Assembly (NCBI GenBank): GCA_944332525.1
Contig: CALVKD010000001.1
Span: 49,841 to 113,840 of the forward strand
Origin: an uncultured Bacilli bacterium
Lineage (GTDB): Bacteria; Bacillota_I; Bacilli_A; RFN20; CAG-449
Length of the DNA stretch: 64,000 nucleotides
Direction: 5' to 3'
The translations under genes were made by a program, and so were the position numbers. Each line of letters begins with the position of its first letter. Within the stretch, counting starts at the first letter, position 1. Shown piece after piece: positions 32,108 to 41,319 of this stretch. The notes beneath the pieces were generated by a model, which made no database searches, was not told where the DNA came from, and saw only the letters and a program-made list of their open reading frames with translations.

Positions 32108-32557
32108 TTAATCATTGTATCGAGAATTATCGAGATTCTTTTTTCTTTTTTTCCTCTTTCTAACGAAGATTAAGCAGATGATGAATAATCCGCCATAGAT
32201 AATTAACATAAAGTAATTATTCCAAGCTAGGAAATTCGTCAAAGGCTCTGTGTTATTAACAAAATTTCCAATAAACACAGCAAGAGCATTGCTTAAGTAA
32301 GCATGAAACGTTGCTAATGGAAGAGATATAGCATTTAACGCCTGATCTAGAAATGCTCCAATATGGTTCAAATCTTTCAAATTATCGGTTAATACACCGG
32401 TCGATGATAGATAGTAAAGCCCATTGGAAAGGAAGAAAGCAAAGAAAAAGAAGGTGATAAAACGTGTTTTTTTAGCTATCACGACGATGATAACCATCAA
32501 AACAATTAATATGATAAGAAATATCAGACTATTTAGCAAAAGGTCTAATCCATCCAT
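32108..32557 (-). CDS. hypothetical small polytopic membrane protein with a basic C-terminal tail
   Basis: 149 aa, 3-4 hydrophobic segments, C-terminal RKRKKRKK. AGGAGA SD sits 11 nt after the jetC-like stop, so translational coupling is likely. Confidence 0.4.
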   Translation of the reverse strand: MDGLDLLLNSLIFLIILIVLMVIIVVIAKKTRFITFFFFAFFLSNGLYYLSSTGVLTDNLKDLNHIGAFLDQALNAISLPLATFHAYLSNALAVFIGNFVNNTEPLTNFLAWNNYFMLIIYGGLFIICLIFVRKRKKRKKNLDNSRYND

Positions 32558-32568
32558 AATAGTATCTC

Positions 32569-35500
32569 CTATTTACCATGATACACGAATGGATCCATAT
32601 GCGAAACATTTTCTTGAGGTTTTCTTGTAACAACTAAGGTTCTATCGACAACCGTTGAGATATCGAGAACTTTCTCTGGTGGTGCCGAAATGATTACTTG
32701 CAAATCGAAATCTTTTAAAATCTTAATGGATTCAACAATTCTGTTACGATCCATCTTTGAGAAAGCTTCATCAAAGATAACTAATCTGATGCAGTTAGAA
32801 ATATTCTTATTGGCCTTAACGCGGTAAAGCTGTGAGAAAGAAGCTAAGATTGAGATATAGAATGGTGTTTGCGTTTCACCGCCAGAAGCCTTTTTAATAT
32901 TTCTCGCTAAGGAATAGACGGCTCCGTCTGGCTTTTTAACTTTTAAGTCGAAGATTAAATATGAGCGATAATCTGTGAACTTTTCAATATTTTGAGCGAC
33001 TTGTTCAGCTTTATCCTTACCTTCTCCATCAGAGATTAAACGGAATAAATTATCCATGACATCTTTATGCTTGAGCAAGAAAGCTTCATCATCGCTATCG
33101 ACATCGAGCAACATCTCATCGGTAATCATATTGTAATAATCGATATATTGAGGATTTGGTTGAATTGTAAATTCATAGGAATCCTGACCGAAATGCGCAT
33201 CTTTTAAAGCTTCGTTAAGGTCACCGATTTGTAAACGCGCCTGTTCAATAGCCGTTTTTAATTTAAAAATGAAATCATCCTTAAATTCTTTAGTTGCCTT
33301 TTGATGTGCATCTTCAATTTTGACTAAGTACTGAGGAAGTTTGACATCGCGCAGCGTTGTTAATTCTCTCTCAAAATCATCATTATCTTCTTTAGTGATA
33401 TCATATGATAATTTATAGGTAATAACGTAAGAAGACCGACGATCTTTCAATTGTTCATTAAGGTTTCTAATTCTGTTTTGAACCTTAGAGTAGATATCAT
33501 CATATTTTAAACGGATATCAGCTAATGAGAGATTGCTTGCGAGTTCGTTATCAAAGGTTGGTTTTGCTGTTTGCTCAACCCATTCCGTATCAAATGAATT
33601 CTCAATTTCTTCCATGTAAGCTGAGGATTTCTTAACTTCTTGCGGAATCTTTTCTTCTTTAGTGACTTTAATATTATTCTGTAAAGCACCTTTTTCGAGA
33701 ATTAATTCATTTTTCTGATTGTTAAGTTGTTCGATATCGGTATCAATTCTCTTAATCTTCGTATCAGTAGTTTGCAGATCTTGACTCGTACCAGCTTTTA
33801 ATTCTTCTTCGTACTGTTTAAGATTATTCTTTAATGAAGCGAGTAAATCGCTGCTATCGAGCTGATTGAGGCAAATCATCTGCTCAGATTGCGACATAAT
33901 ATCGAGTTCTTTAGCTTCAGATAAAGTATCAACTAATTCTTTTAATGCTCCGATTGATTTAGCTTCTAAATCGAGTTCTTTCATTCTCTGATCGCGGACT
34001 TCACGCGATACCGATCTTCCAATCAACGGATAACGGTAAAGGCGATCTGGTATGACAAAGGAAGCAAATGAACGATATCCAATGCAGGAAGGACAAATAC
34101 CATGTCCGGATTCTCTAGCTTCTTGGAAAGTTTCACATTTTGTTAATCGACCAATTAAGAAATTAGTATAATCGCGGGCACCTTTATGATCGGTAATAAT
34201 TTCTTCGGCCAAAGAATTTTCTTCAGCTTCAAAATTATGCTGAGCTAACGCTCTCTCATCGACTAAACCCGTCCGGTGATAGCCGTTTCTCTTCATAATA
34301 CCCGGCAATAACTTATTAGCAACTTCGTAATATTTATCCTTAACGAATAAATTAAGTTTCTGAGCGGAAATAAATCCCTCAATTGCATTAATCCAGCGCT
34401 TATTACGAATATCGACCAAATCAGCGTAAATTAAGACATCAACTTTTTCATGGAAATGATCTTCAAGAGCCAATTTTAATTGATTTCTGACATTGAGGAA
34501 AGCATCGTCATAGTATTTACCGCTGCTTGAAGTAACTAAAGTCTGCTTTTGCTGGCTAATTCTATTGATAACCATACCGATAGATGACTTTAAGACGCTA
34601 TATTCTTCAATAACAACATTTTTAAAATCACTAATAGCCGATGAAAAGTTTTTGAATAAGTCTGGTGTCAAAGAGCCTAAATTCAAGGCTTCTTTGGTTG
34701 CCATTAACGCTTTATCAAGATTGGCACATTCTAATTCAAGATGCTTCAAAGACTCTAATACTTTGTTATCATCAGTATGCTCAGCAGAACTCAAGCATAA
34801 TGAATTAATTTTATTTTCATAATTTAAGAAATTATTAACATACGTATTAATGCGAGTATATAAAGCTTGAAGATTTTCTTCAATCTCGCAAACTTTTCTT
34901 TCAGCATCTTGATAAGATTTTCTTAAATCTTGAGTTAATTTATAATTATCATTAGAAAATTTATAAGCGATTAAGGTTTGCTTTTGTTCTTCAAGAGCTT
35001 CAATATCGCTTTCGATTTCCCTAATTGAAGAATCAATTTCAGCAATTCTTTCCTCAGCGCGGCTGATATCATTATGATAAGATGCGATATAATCAGAAGA
35101 AATCTGTAAGAAAATTCTCTTCGAGATATAGGAAGCTAAGGACATTTCTTTACGTTTATCAACTATCTGTTGATAAATATTATGAATTTCTTCAAGCGAT
35201 TTAATTTTTACCATCATCTCATCGGCTTCGATTTTTAAGCGTTCATATGAGGTAATATTTGATTTCATCGATTCAATATTAATATCATTAGGAACATCGC
35301 AAACATATTCGGTGATAAAGGATTCAATATTGGTGATAGGTATAAAGGAAACAGCCTTCTTAAAGAGTGAGAAGTATTTTTCCTTAAGATTACCAAATTT
35401 TTCTTTAATGACCCCTTGGTATTGCGCGTTTGAATCACAGAAAATAAATTTATCGCTATTATAATTTGCACTAAAATACTCTTGCAAAGTCTTTTGTGAC

Positions 35501-35937
35501 ATTGGAACGCGATCGATTAAGAAATGGTTTTCTGGAAATTTATCTTCGAGATAGAAGAAGCGGTGTTGCTCAGAACCATCATCGAAAACATCAAAAACGA
35601 CACCGACAGTAAACGGTTGATTCAAGACATCATCGAAAAATTCCAGTGCGATATAGGAAGTAAAGCGACCAGTTCTTAAAAATTTTGTCGATCCATCTTC
35701 ATTATCACCGACTTCACAGCGCAGATACCCTTTTAAAGTACGACCGGATTTTTCATTAGCAGCCTTATTAAAAGAACGACCATAGGTGTCGCCAAGCAAA
35801 ACAACTTGCATAGCATCGATAACTGTCGATTTTCCGGCAGCATTAACACCGGTTAAAAAGTTTAACATGCCGAATTCAACTTCAATATTTTGGAAATAGT
35901 GCCAGTTGATCAGACGCAATTTAGTTAATTTTTTCAT
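32569..35937 (-). CDS. MukB/MksB/JetC-like SMC-family ATPase
   Basis: 1122 aa. N-terminal LRLINWHYF...GVNAAGKST (MukB-type Walker A). Long coiled-coil regions around a globular hinge of about 170 aa (GICPSCIGYRS). C-terminal SGGE signature, Walker B LVIFDEAFSKMD and a D-loop. Confidence 0.7.
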   Translation of the reverse strand: MKKLTKLRLINWHYFQNIEVEFGMLNFLTGVNAAGKSTVIDAMQVVLLGDTYGRSFNKAANEKSGRTLKGYLRCEVGDNEDGSTKFLRTGRFTSYIALEFFDDVLNQPFTVGVVFDVFDDGSEQHRFFYLEDKFPENHFLIDRVPMSQKTLQEYFSANYNSDKFIFCDSNAQYQGVIKEKFGNLKEKYFSLFKKAVSFIPITNIESFITEYVCDVPNDINIESMKSNITSYERLKIEADEMMVKIKSLEEIHNIYQQIVDKRKEMSLASYISKRIFLQISSDYIASYHNDISRAEERIAEIDSSIREIESDIEALEEQKQTLIAYKFSNDNYKLTQDLRKSYQDAERKVCEIEENLQALYTRINTYVNNFLNYENKINSLCLSSAEHTDDNKVLESLKHLELECANLDKALMATKEALNLGSLTPDLFKNFSSAISDFKNVVIEEYSVLKSSIGMVINRISQQKQTLVTSSSGKYYDDAFLNVRNQLKLALEDHFHEKVDVLIYADLVDIRNKRWINAIEGFISAQKLNLFVKDKYYEVANKLLPGIMKRNGYHRTGLVDERALAQHNFEAEENSLAEEIITDHKGARDYTNFLIGRLTKCETFQEARESGHGICPSCIGYRSFASFVIPDRLYRYPLIGRSVSREVRDQRMKELDLEAKSIGALKELVDTLSEAKELDIMSQSEQMICLNQLDSSDLLASLKNNLKQYEEELKAGTSQDLQTTDTKIKRIDTDIEQLNNQKNELILEKGALQNNIKVTKEEKIPQEVKKSSAYMEEIENSFDTEWVEQTAKPTFDNELASNLSLADIRLKYDDIYSKVQNRIRNLNEQLKDRRSSYVITYKLSYDITKEDNDDFERELTTLRDVKLPQYLVKIEDAHQKATKEFKDDFIFKLKTAIEQARLQIGDLNEALKDAHFGQDSYEFTIQPNPQYIDYYNMITDEMLLDVDSDDEAFLLKHKDVMDNLFRLISDGEGKDKAEQVAQNIEKFTDYRSYLIFDLKVKKPDGAVYSLARNIKKASGGETQTPFYISILASFSQLYRVKANKNISNCIRLVIFDEAFSKMDRNRIVESIKILKDFDLQVIISAPPEKVLDISTVVDRTLVVTRKPQENVSHMDPFVYHGK

Positions 35938-36566
35938 TCTGCATCCTCCATAAATTCTTCATCCGGAAGTGATTCAACTTGCTTATATAGGCTTTGAATT
36001 ACTTCGTAATCAACCACAAATGCAATTGAAGGATTAATATAGAAAGTTAAATTTTTCTCATAAAAATCCCCGCTTATTCTCGTTATAATATTATGTTGTT
36101 CTAAAAAGCGATATGACGATTCAAGCGATGAATACGAGACCCTTTTATCTTGACGAATTAAATGCATATTAATTAAGCACTGCATTAATTCATGGCTAGT
36201 AAAACGGACGACTTGATTAAGTGCGTCATCATTATTTTGAGTTTCGTAGACATATCTTAAAGCAAAAATAACTAAGGATGTTTTTAAATCCAATTTCAAA
36301 TGATTTTCTTCATATTCATTTTTAATAGAAATTACCCCGCGCGATGAATCTTTATTAACAATCCATCCAGATAAAGAGAGATAGTTTGAAACTAAATCAA
36401 GATGGCGCTCAATAAAGGAATACTCTTTACTCGCCCGCATCATCTTCGCATTGCGGTCGTAATAATCTCTGAGAATAAAACTTTTCAGCATCAAAGTATT
36501 AACCACATGGGCGAATTCCTCTTTTTCGACATTGCGCAATTGTTCATATTCTTCTAGCATCGTCAA
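35934..36566 (-). CDS. MukE/MksE/JetB-like kite subunit candidate
   Basis: 210 aa, overlapping both neighbours by 4 nt. Size and position match the kite subunit of MukFEB-like operons. Assigned by context, not by motif. Confidence 0.45.
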   Translation of the reverse strand: MTMLEEYEQLRNVEKEEFAHVVNTLMLKSFILRDYYDRNAKMMRASKEYSFIERHLDLVSNYLSLSGWIVNKDSSRGVISIKNEYEENHLKLDLKTSLVIFALRYVYETQNNDDALNQVVRFTSHELMQCLINMHLIRQDKRVSYSSLESSYRFLEQHNIITRISGDFYEKNLTFYINPSIAFVVDYEVIQSLYKQVESLPDEEFMEDAE

Positions 36567-37993
36567 TTCTCCTTTTTAGTATAGATATAATCTGGTGCAT
36601 TAACTTTATCATTAACTTCGACGTTGACGTTTAATTTATCCTCGCGGTCCATATCATAGAAACTAATCGGTGCTGTTGCTTTAATTGCTCCAAGCATCAA
36701 ATAGAGGAAATCATCAACGCTTTCAACTTTACAATCGTGGACGCGTATTTGTTTTTTATCTTGAAAATTTTCAGCCATAAATTCCATAACTCTCTCATCG
36801 GAGTAACGCGCTGTTTCAGCCATTGCCATCGTCATTTGCGAATCATCGAAAATATGTTCATCATCAGGTAATGGAAGCGGATCAGAGAAGAACTTTTGAT
36901 TTCTCTCATATGGTTTTCTAAGCGATCCCTCATCATAATAACCCTGCGTGTAGAGTTTTATTGAAGAGCCAAATGCCCTAATAATATTTGGATATGAGGA
37001 ATTTCTATCTTGCTCATTTTTGGAAAGATTTCTAGCTAATACCGTAAAAATCTTTTCGAGTTTACCCTTAACCGATTTATCGTGGTTATTGAGGAAGATG
37101 ACCTTATCCGCCGAAGCTTTAACATATTCCGATTGCGAAACATCAATATTATTAATTTCCGTAGACAAGCGGAGATAGATATCTTGAATTCTCGTAATCT
37201 TTTTTACTACATCATCAGTAGCTTCTAATCGCGATTTGACCGATTTATTTTCTTTAAGGCATTGATCAATTAATTTTTCACGTACTGTATCAACTTCTAA
37301 CCAGCGTTTCAAAATTGAAGAAATTGGTCCGTGATAAAGAGTGATTGAATCATGGGTTTTTAACGGATGGTAAATTGGATCGACGACGTCTTCACGGCAG
37401 ATATCAAAATGCTGCTTGAGGACTTCGTTAGGCTCAAACATATCGCTGAGCTGACGTTTATATACTTTAATTGAATGATCGAGTTTAGCTACCTCAATGG
37501 CTAATGATTCAGTATTGTTATAGGCATTTTCTAAGGTTTTATACATTGATTCATCTTGATTATCATCTTCATATTTTAAATCAGCATATGTTGTATGCAC
37601 GTAGCTAACATAATGATTTGCAGAAGTGTCGGCAAATTCGTAAATCAGTTTCAACATATTAACAGAATATGAAGGAAGCAAGATATATTCGGTGCCTGTT
37701 TTTGTGTCGTAATCAATATAAATCCAACCTGTTTCAATTAAGCGTTTAACAATTTGATTTGCTTTCGCGCCAATTGATGTTTCGCTTACTACACCATCTT
37801 CTTCATCAACGTAAGAATTTAAATCATCGCCGGAACGACTCTTTAATAATTCGACATAATCATTTTTTCTTATGCGCGCGCGATAAAGGTTTAATGCATC
37901 ATAAAGCACGATTAAAGCATCGCCGTAAACTCCCTTATTACGCGATGCTAAAATTGAAAAGAAATTATCCGGTAATTTTGCAAATAAATTCAT
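36563..37993 (-). CDS. MukF/MksF/JetA-like kleisin subunit candidate
   Basis: 476 aa, first gene of a translationally coupled three-gene operon with the SMC-like ATPase. Assigned by size and context. Confidence 0.45.
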   Translation of the reverse strand: MNLFAKLPDNFFSILASRNKGVYGDALIVLYDALNLYRARIRKNDYVELLKSRSGDDLNSYVDEEDGVVSETSIGAKANQIVKRLIETGWIYIDYDTKTGTEYILLPSYSVNMLKLIYEFADTSANHYVSYVHTTYADLKYEDDNQDESMYKTLENAYNNTESLAIEVAKLDHSIKVYKRQLSDMFEPNEVLKQHFDICREDVVDPIYHPLKTHDSITLYHGPISSILKRWLEVDTVREKLIDQCLKENKSVKSRLEATDDVVKKITRIQDIYLRLSTEINNIDVSQSEYVKASADKVIFLNNHDKSVKGKLEKIFTVLARNLSKNEQDRNSSYPNIIRAFGSSIKLYTQGYYDEGSLRKPYERNQKFFSDPLPLPDDEHIFDDSQMTMAMAETARYSDERVMEFMAENFQDKKQIRVHDCKVESVDDFLYLMLGAIKATAPISFYDMDREDKLNVNVEVNDKVNAPDYIYTKKEN

Positions 37994-38049
37994 AGTATCA
38001 CCACTTTTAATATTACCCCTTTTTTAATATATTTTATATATTAAAGAAT

Positions 38050-38802
38050 TTATTTTCTATTTTTTTCAATATATTCAGAATCAAGCTTTTTTAATTCTTT
38101 GAGTTTCTCAGAAATCATCGCTTTTATCTTATCAGCTAACTCTTGAGTGTTCATATTTTTATATTCTTCATATTTTAATGGTTCAAAGATATGAATAAAT
38201 ACTGGCTGTTTCTTCAAATTGGAACTTTTGGAGTCAAGTATCCGAAATGAGCCCCACATCGCAACGGGGAAAATATCTACTTTAGCCTGCATCGCCATTT
38301 TTAATGATCCAGCTTTAAAATCGCCAAGAGTATGGTCTTTATCTTTGCTTCTTGTTCCCTCTGGAAAAATAACCCATTTTTTATTATCTTGTAAAAGCGA
38401 TGTTCTCACCTGCTGCATTACCTTGATTTCTTGTCTAAGATTTTCTCTTTCGAGATAAAGTCCATCAATAGCCTTAATGACTTTTCCAACATAAATATAT
38501 TTCTCAGCTTCCTTTTTAGCGACGAAAGTCGTTATCTGCGGAGAAATAGCTACAATCATCAAGGCATCCATAAAAGATTGATGATTAGGCGTCAATAAAT
38601 AACTAGGCTGTACTGGTAATGTCTTTTTCCCGGTTAAAATGATTTCGACATTTAACGCTTTAATAGTATTAATTATAATTTCCCGCATTTGATTATAGCG
38701 TTTCTGCAAGGAATAATTTTGTTTTGAAGCGGAATATATGAGCGGATACTTTCTTATTAAGTATGGTACTGCCCGAAAAACATAACCGAGATATTTATTC
38801 AT
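38050..38802 (-). CDS. plsC: 1-acyl-sn-glycerol-3-phosphate acyltransferase
   Basis: HQSFMD (HX4D) and FPEGTRS acyltransferase motifs. 250 aa. Confidence 0.8.
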   Translation of the reverse strand: MNKYLGYVFRAVPYLIRKYPLIYSASKQNYSLQKRYNQMREIIINTIKALNVEIILTGKKTLPVQPSYLLTPNHQSFMDALMIVAISPQITTFVAKKEAEKYIYVGKVIKAIDGLYLERENLRQEIKVMQQVRTSLLQDNKKWVIFPEGTRSKDKDHTLGDFKAGSLKMAMQAKVDIFPVAMWGSFRILDSKSSNLKKQPVFIHIFEPLKYEEYKNMNTQELADKIKAMISEKLKELKKLDSEYIEKNRK

Positions 38803-38810
38803 AAAGCCTC

Positions 38811-39107
38811 CTATAAGCCACGCTTATTAAATTGGTAATCGGCTCCGGCAATATACATAAGAGCTTCAACGACGATAATAATTTTTCCCTCGTAAACTTC
38901 TAATCTACCATCGACCGAGATCAATGTGCCATTTTTATACGAAAATAAAGAATTACGATCATCGCGCGACCACATCATCAAAGGAAATATATCTTTTGGA
39001 TAGACTCCTTGATCATCTTTATATTGACGCGTGACTTCAATATAACGAATTGGGGATTTACTTTCTCTTTCGAGTAAAACTCCATTTAGTGAGACATGAT
39101 TAATCAT
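38811..39107 (-). CDS. short single-stranded-DNA-binding protein paralog (OB fold only, no acidic C-terminal tail)
   Basis: MINHVSLNGVLLERE...MMWSR...ISVDGRLEV...IIVVEAL aligns with the SSB OB fold (MLNRVVLVGRL...VTWRR...GVDGRLQ). About 98 aa. Start chosen at the internal M. Confidence 0.6.
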   Translation of the reverse strand: MINHVSLNGVLLERESKSPIRYIEVTRQYKDDQGVYPKDIFPLMMWSRDDRNSLFSYKNGTLISVDGRLEVYEGKIIIVVEALMYIAGADYQFNKRGL

Positions 39108-39178
39108 AGCAAAACACCTCACCTATATTTTACCATGTTAAGAAATAACCGCGTCCGCGACTAATCGCAGATGAGTCT

Positions 39179-41317
39179 CTACCTAGTAACGATAGTTAAA
39201 GAGATTGGTTCAATAGAAAGTTTCTTAATTTTGTTATTTCCTTGAACGAGACCATTCCCGTCGAAAAGCAAACGGAATTCATCTCCTAAAGGATATTCAA
39301 TAACCGCGTTTGATGGATTGATATAAACTCTGACTTCTGCTAAAGATCCTATTTCTTTACCTTGATAAGAAATCTCTAAAGCTCCCGATGGTAAATCTTT
39401 AAAGGATATGGTTTCTTTAATTTTTTCTTTACTAGCTAAATGGAAAAACGGATAAGATTTTCTTAATGAAATAATATCTCTAAGATAGGTAACTAAATCA
39501 AATCGTTGATCCATTAAATCATAATCAAAGCCATTAATATCATCCATCGCGTTATAAGAATTATAAATACCTTTTTTCGATTTACCGATTTCCTGACCTT
39601 CATGAATAAAAGGAAGTCCGCAAGATAAAATCAACGCTCCATTCAATAATTTAATTCTCTTTAAAAGCAATGATTCGCTTTCATAGGCGTTGGAGACGAG
39701 CATTTTATCAAAGACAGTCGCATTATCATGGCATTCGATAAAATTAATCGATTGAGTCACTTCTTTGAATAGAGGTGGGAAGCCTAGAGGTAACGCTGAA
39801 CCTAAAAAGCAGTGCTTAAATCCATCGATATAGTTTGTATCACCGAGCAGATAGCCTTTGACCCAAAGATCATAATCACCAGATTTTCCCTTGACCGTAT
39901 CTCTATAACGATCATTAAAGAAACCGATTCCACTCATTCTTAAGGCATTATTGAGATTACTTCTCTGCGATGAAGGTAACGTCGTCGGCATATCCCAGCC
40001 TTCGCCATACATAATAAAATCGCTTTTAACTTCTTGACATCTTCTCTTTACTTCAAGAATCGTATCAATATCAATTAAACCCATTAAATCAAAACGGAAC
40101 CCATCAATTCCGAATTCTTGGACCCAATAAAGGCAAGAATCAACAATAAATTTTCTCGCCATCGGATGCGAAGTATTAAATTCATTACCGCAATACGAAC
40201 CATTTGAGAGATTTCCATCATCGCGGAAGCGGAAATAATAAGATGGACAAACTTTTTCAAAGCAAGATGACTCCATGTTAAAGACGTGATTATAGACAAC
40301 ATCCATAATTACTCTAATCCCAGCTTTATGCAGAGCCGCTACCATCTTCTTCATTTCAATAATCCGCGCATATGGGTCTTTGGAATCTGAAGAATAGCTT
40401 CCTTCTGGAACGTTATAGTAAAGAGGGTCGTATCCCCAGTTATAATTTTCGAATTCATTGACATCGCATCCAGTGCAAAAATCAAATGACGGCATTAATT
40501 GAACATGGGTTACTCCGAGGTAGCGAAGGTAATCAAGACCAATTGGATTATTATTACGAGTTTTACAAGAAGGCTGAGCCAATCCTAAAAATTTACCCTT
40601 GTGAATTATTGAAGTTCCATTTTGGCTAGTCATATCGCGGATAGAACATTCATAAATAATGCAGTCACAAGGAGATGATAACTTAGGCAGATACGATTCA
40701 TTTAAATCGATAACAACTTCGCGCGGATCAACGATGACACCAACGCTTGACTGACTAGTGACAGCTTTGCAATACGGGTCATTAGCGATTGTAAGTTGAC
40801 CATTAATTCTTACTAAAAAGTAATATTGGCATTTTCCGAGATCGCCGCTTGCACGTCCTTGAAAAACACCGGTATCAGTATTTTTTTCTAATGTAACAAT
40901 ATTTTCTTTTCCATCTTTAATATAAACGCAATATGCTGAGGAAGCTAAAGGTGAAAAAAGGCGGAAAGTCGTGTAATACTTATGGAAGTGTGCCCCCATT
41001 ACATCGTCGCTTTTATACAAAGAACAAATTCGATCATTTCTCAAAAGGACCGACATATTAAGATAGCAACATAAATAGCGATCATCATAAACTTTATACT
41101 CGGCACCAATCGTTAATGAAGGAACATTAGTCAAGACATAATGGAAATGATGTCCAGTTTCGCGAGCATCCTGAATAGTTAATTCACAAATTCGAATATC
41201 ATCGCAATATAAATAGAAGTGTTTAGCGTATTGGTTAGTGTAGACCTTATGGACATGGACAGAGATAGAGTTATCTTTATTTAAGGTCGCATTAAGAATT
41301 TCATCAAAATTATTCAT
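39179..41317 (-). CDS. pulA: GH13 type I pullulanase/debranching enzyme, cytoplasmic (no signal peptide)
   Basis: YNWGYDP, GFRFDLMG, EGWD and HDN catalytic-region motifs. 712 aa. Confidence 0.85.
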   Translation of the reverse strand: MNNFDEILNATLNKDNSISVHVHKVYTNQYAKHFYLYCDDIRICELTIQDARETGHHFHYVLTNVPSLTIGAEYKVYDDRYLCCYLNMSVLLRNDRICSLYKSDDVMGAHFHKYYTTFRLFSPLASSAYCVYIKDGKENIVTLEKNTDTGVFQGRASGDLGKCQYYFLVRINGQLTIANDPYCKAVTSQSSVGVIVDPREVVIDLNESYLPKLSSPCDCIIYECSIRDMTSQNGTSIIHKGKFLGLAQPSCKTRNNNPIGLDYLRYLGVTHVQLMPSFDFCTGCDVNEFENYNWGYDPLYYNVPEGSYSSDSKDPYARIIEMKKMVAALHKAGIRVIMDVVYNHVFNMESSCFEKVCPSYYFRFRDDGNLSNGSYCGNEFNTSHPMARKFIVDSCLYWVQEFGIDGFRFDLMGLIDIDTILEVKRRCQEVKSDFIMYGEGWDMPTTLPSSQRSNLNNALRMSGIGFFNDRYRDTVKGKSGDYDLWVKGYLLGDTNYIDGFKHCFLGSALPLGFPPLFKEVTQSINFIECHDNATVFDKMLVSNAYESESLLLKRIKLLNGALILSCGLPFIHEGQEIGKSKKGIYNSYNAMDDINGFDYDLMDQRFDLVTYLRDIISLRKSYPFFHLASKEKIKETISFKDLPSGALEISYQGKEIGSLAEVRVYINPSNAVIEYPLGDEFRLLFDGNGLVQGNNKIKKLSIEPISLTIVTR

Positions 41318-41319
41318 AA

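Noticed and set aside
32569-35937. The 1122-aa ATPase as SbcC/Rad50, prompted by the central CPSC
   Set aside because: No SbcD/Mre11 phosphoesterase is adjacent. The N-terminal LINWxxF...AAGKST and C-terminal DEAF match MukB-type SMCs, and the upstream partners have kleisin/kite-like sizes.
31136-38049. The jetABC island as a mobile element or prophage
   Set aside because: There is no integrase, transposase, tRNA or flanking direct repeats. Base composition is visually similar to the surrounding chromosome, and the flanking genes (leuS, plsC) are housekeeping.
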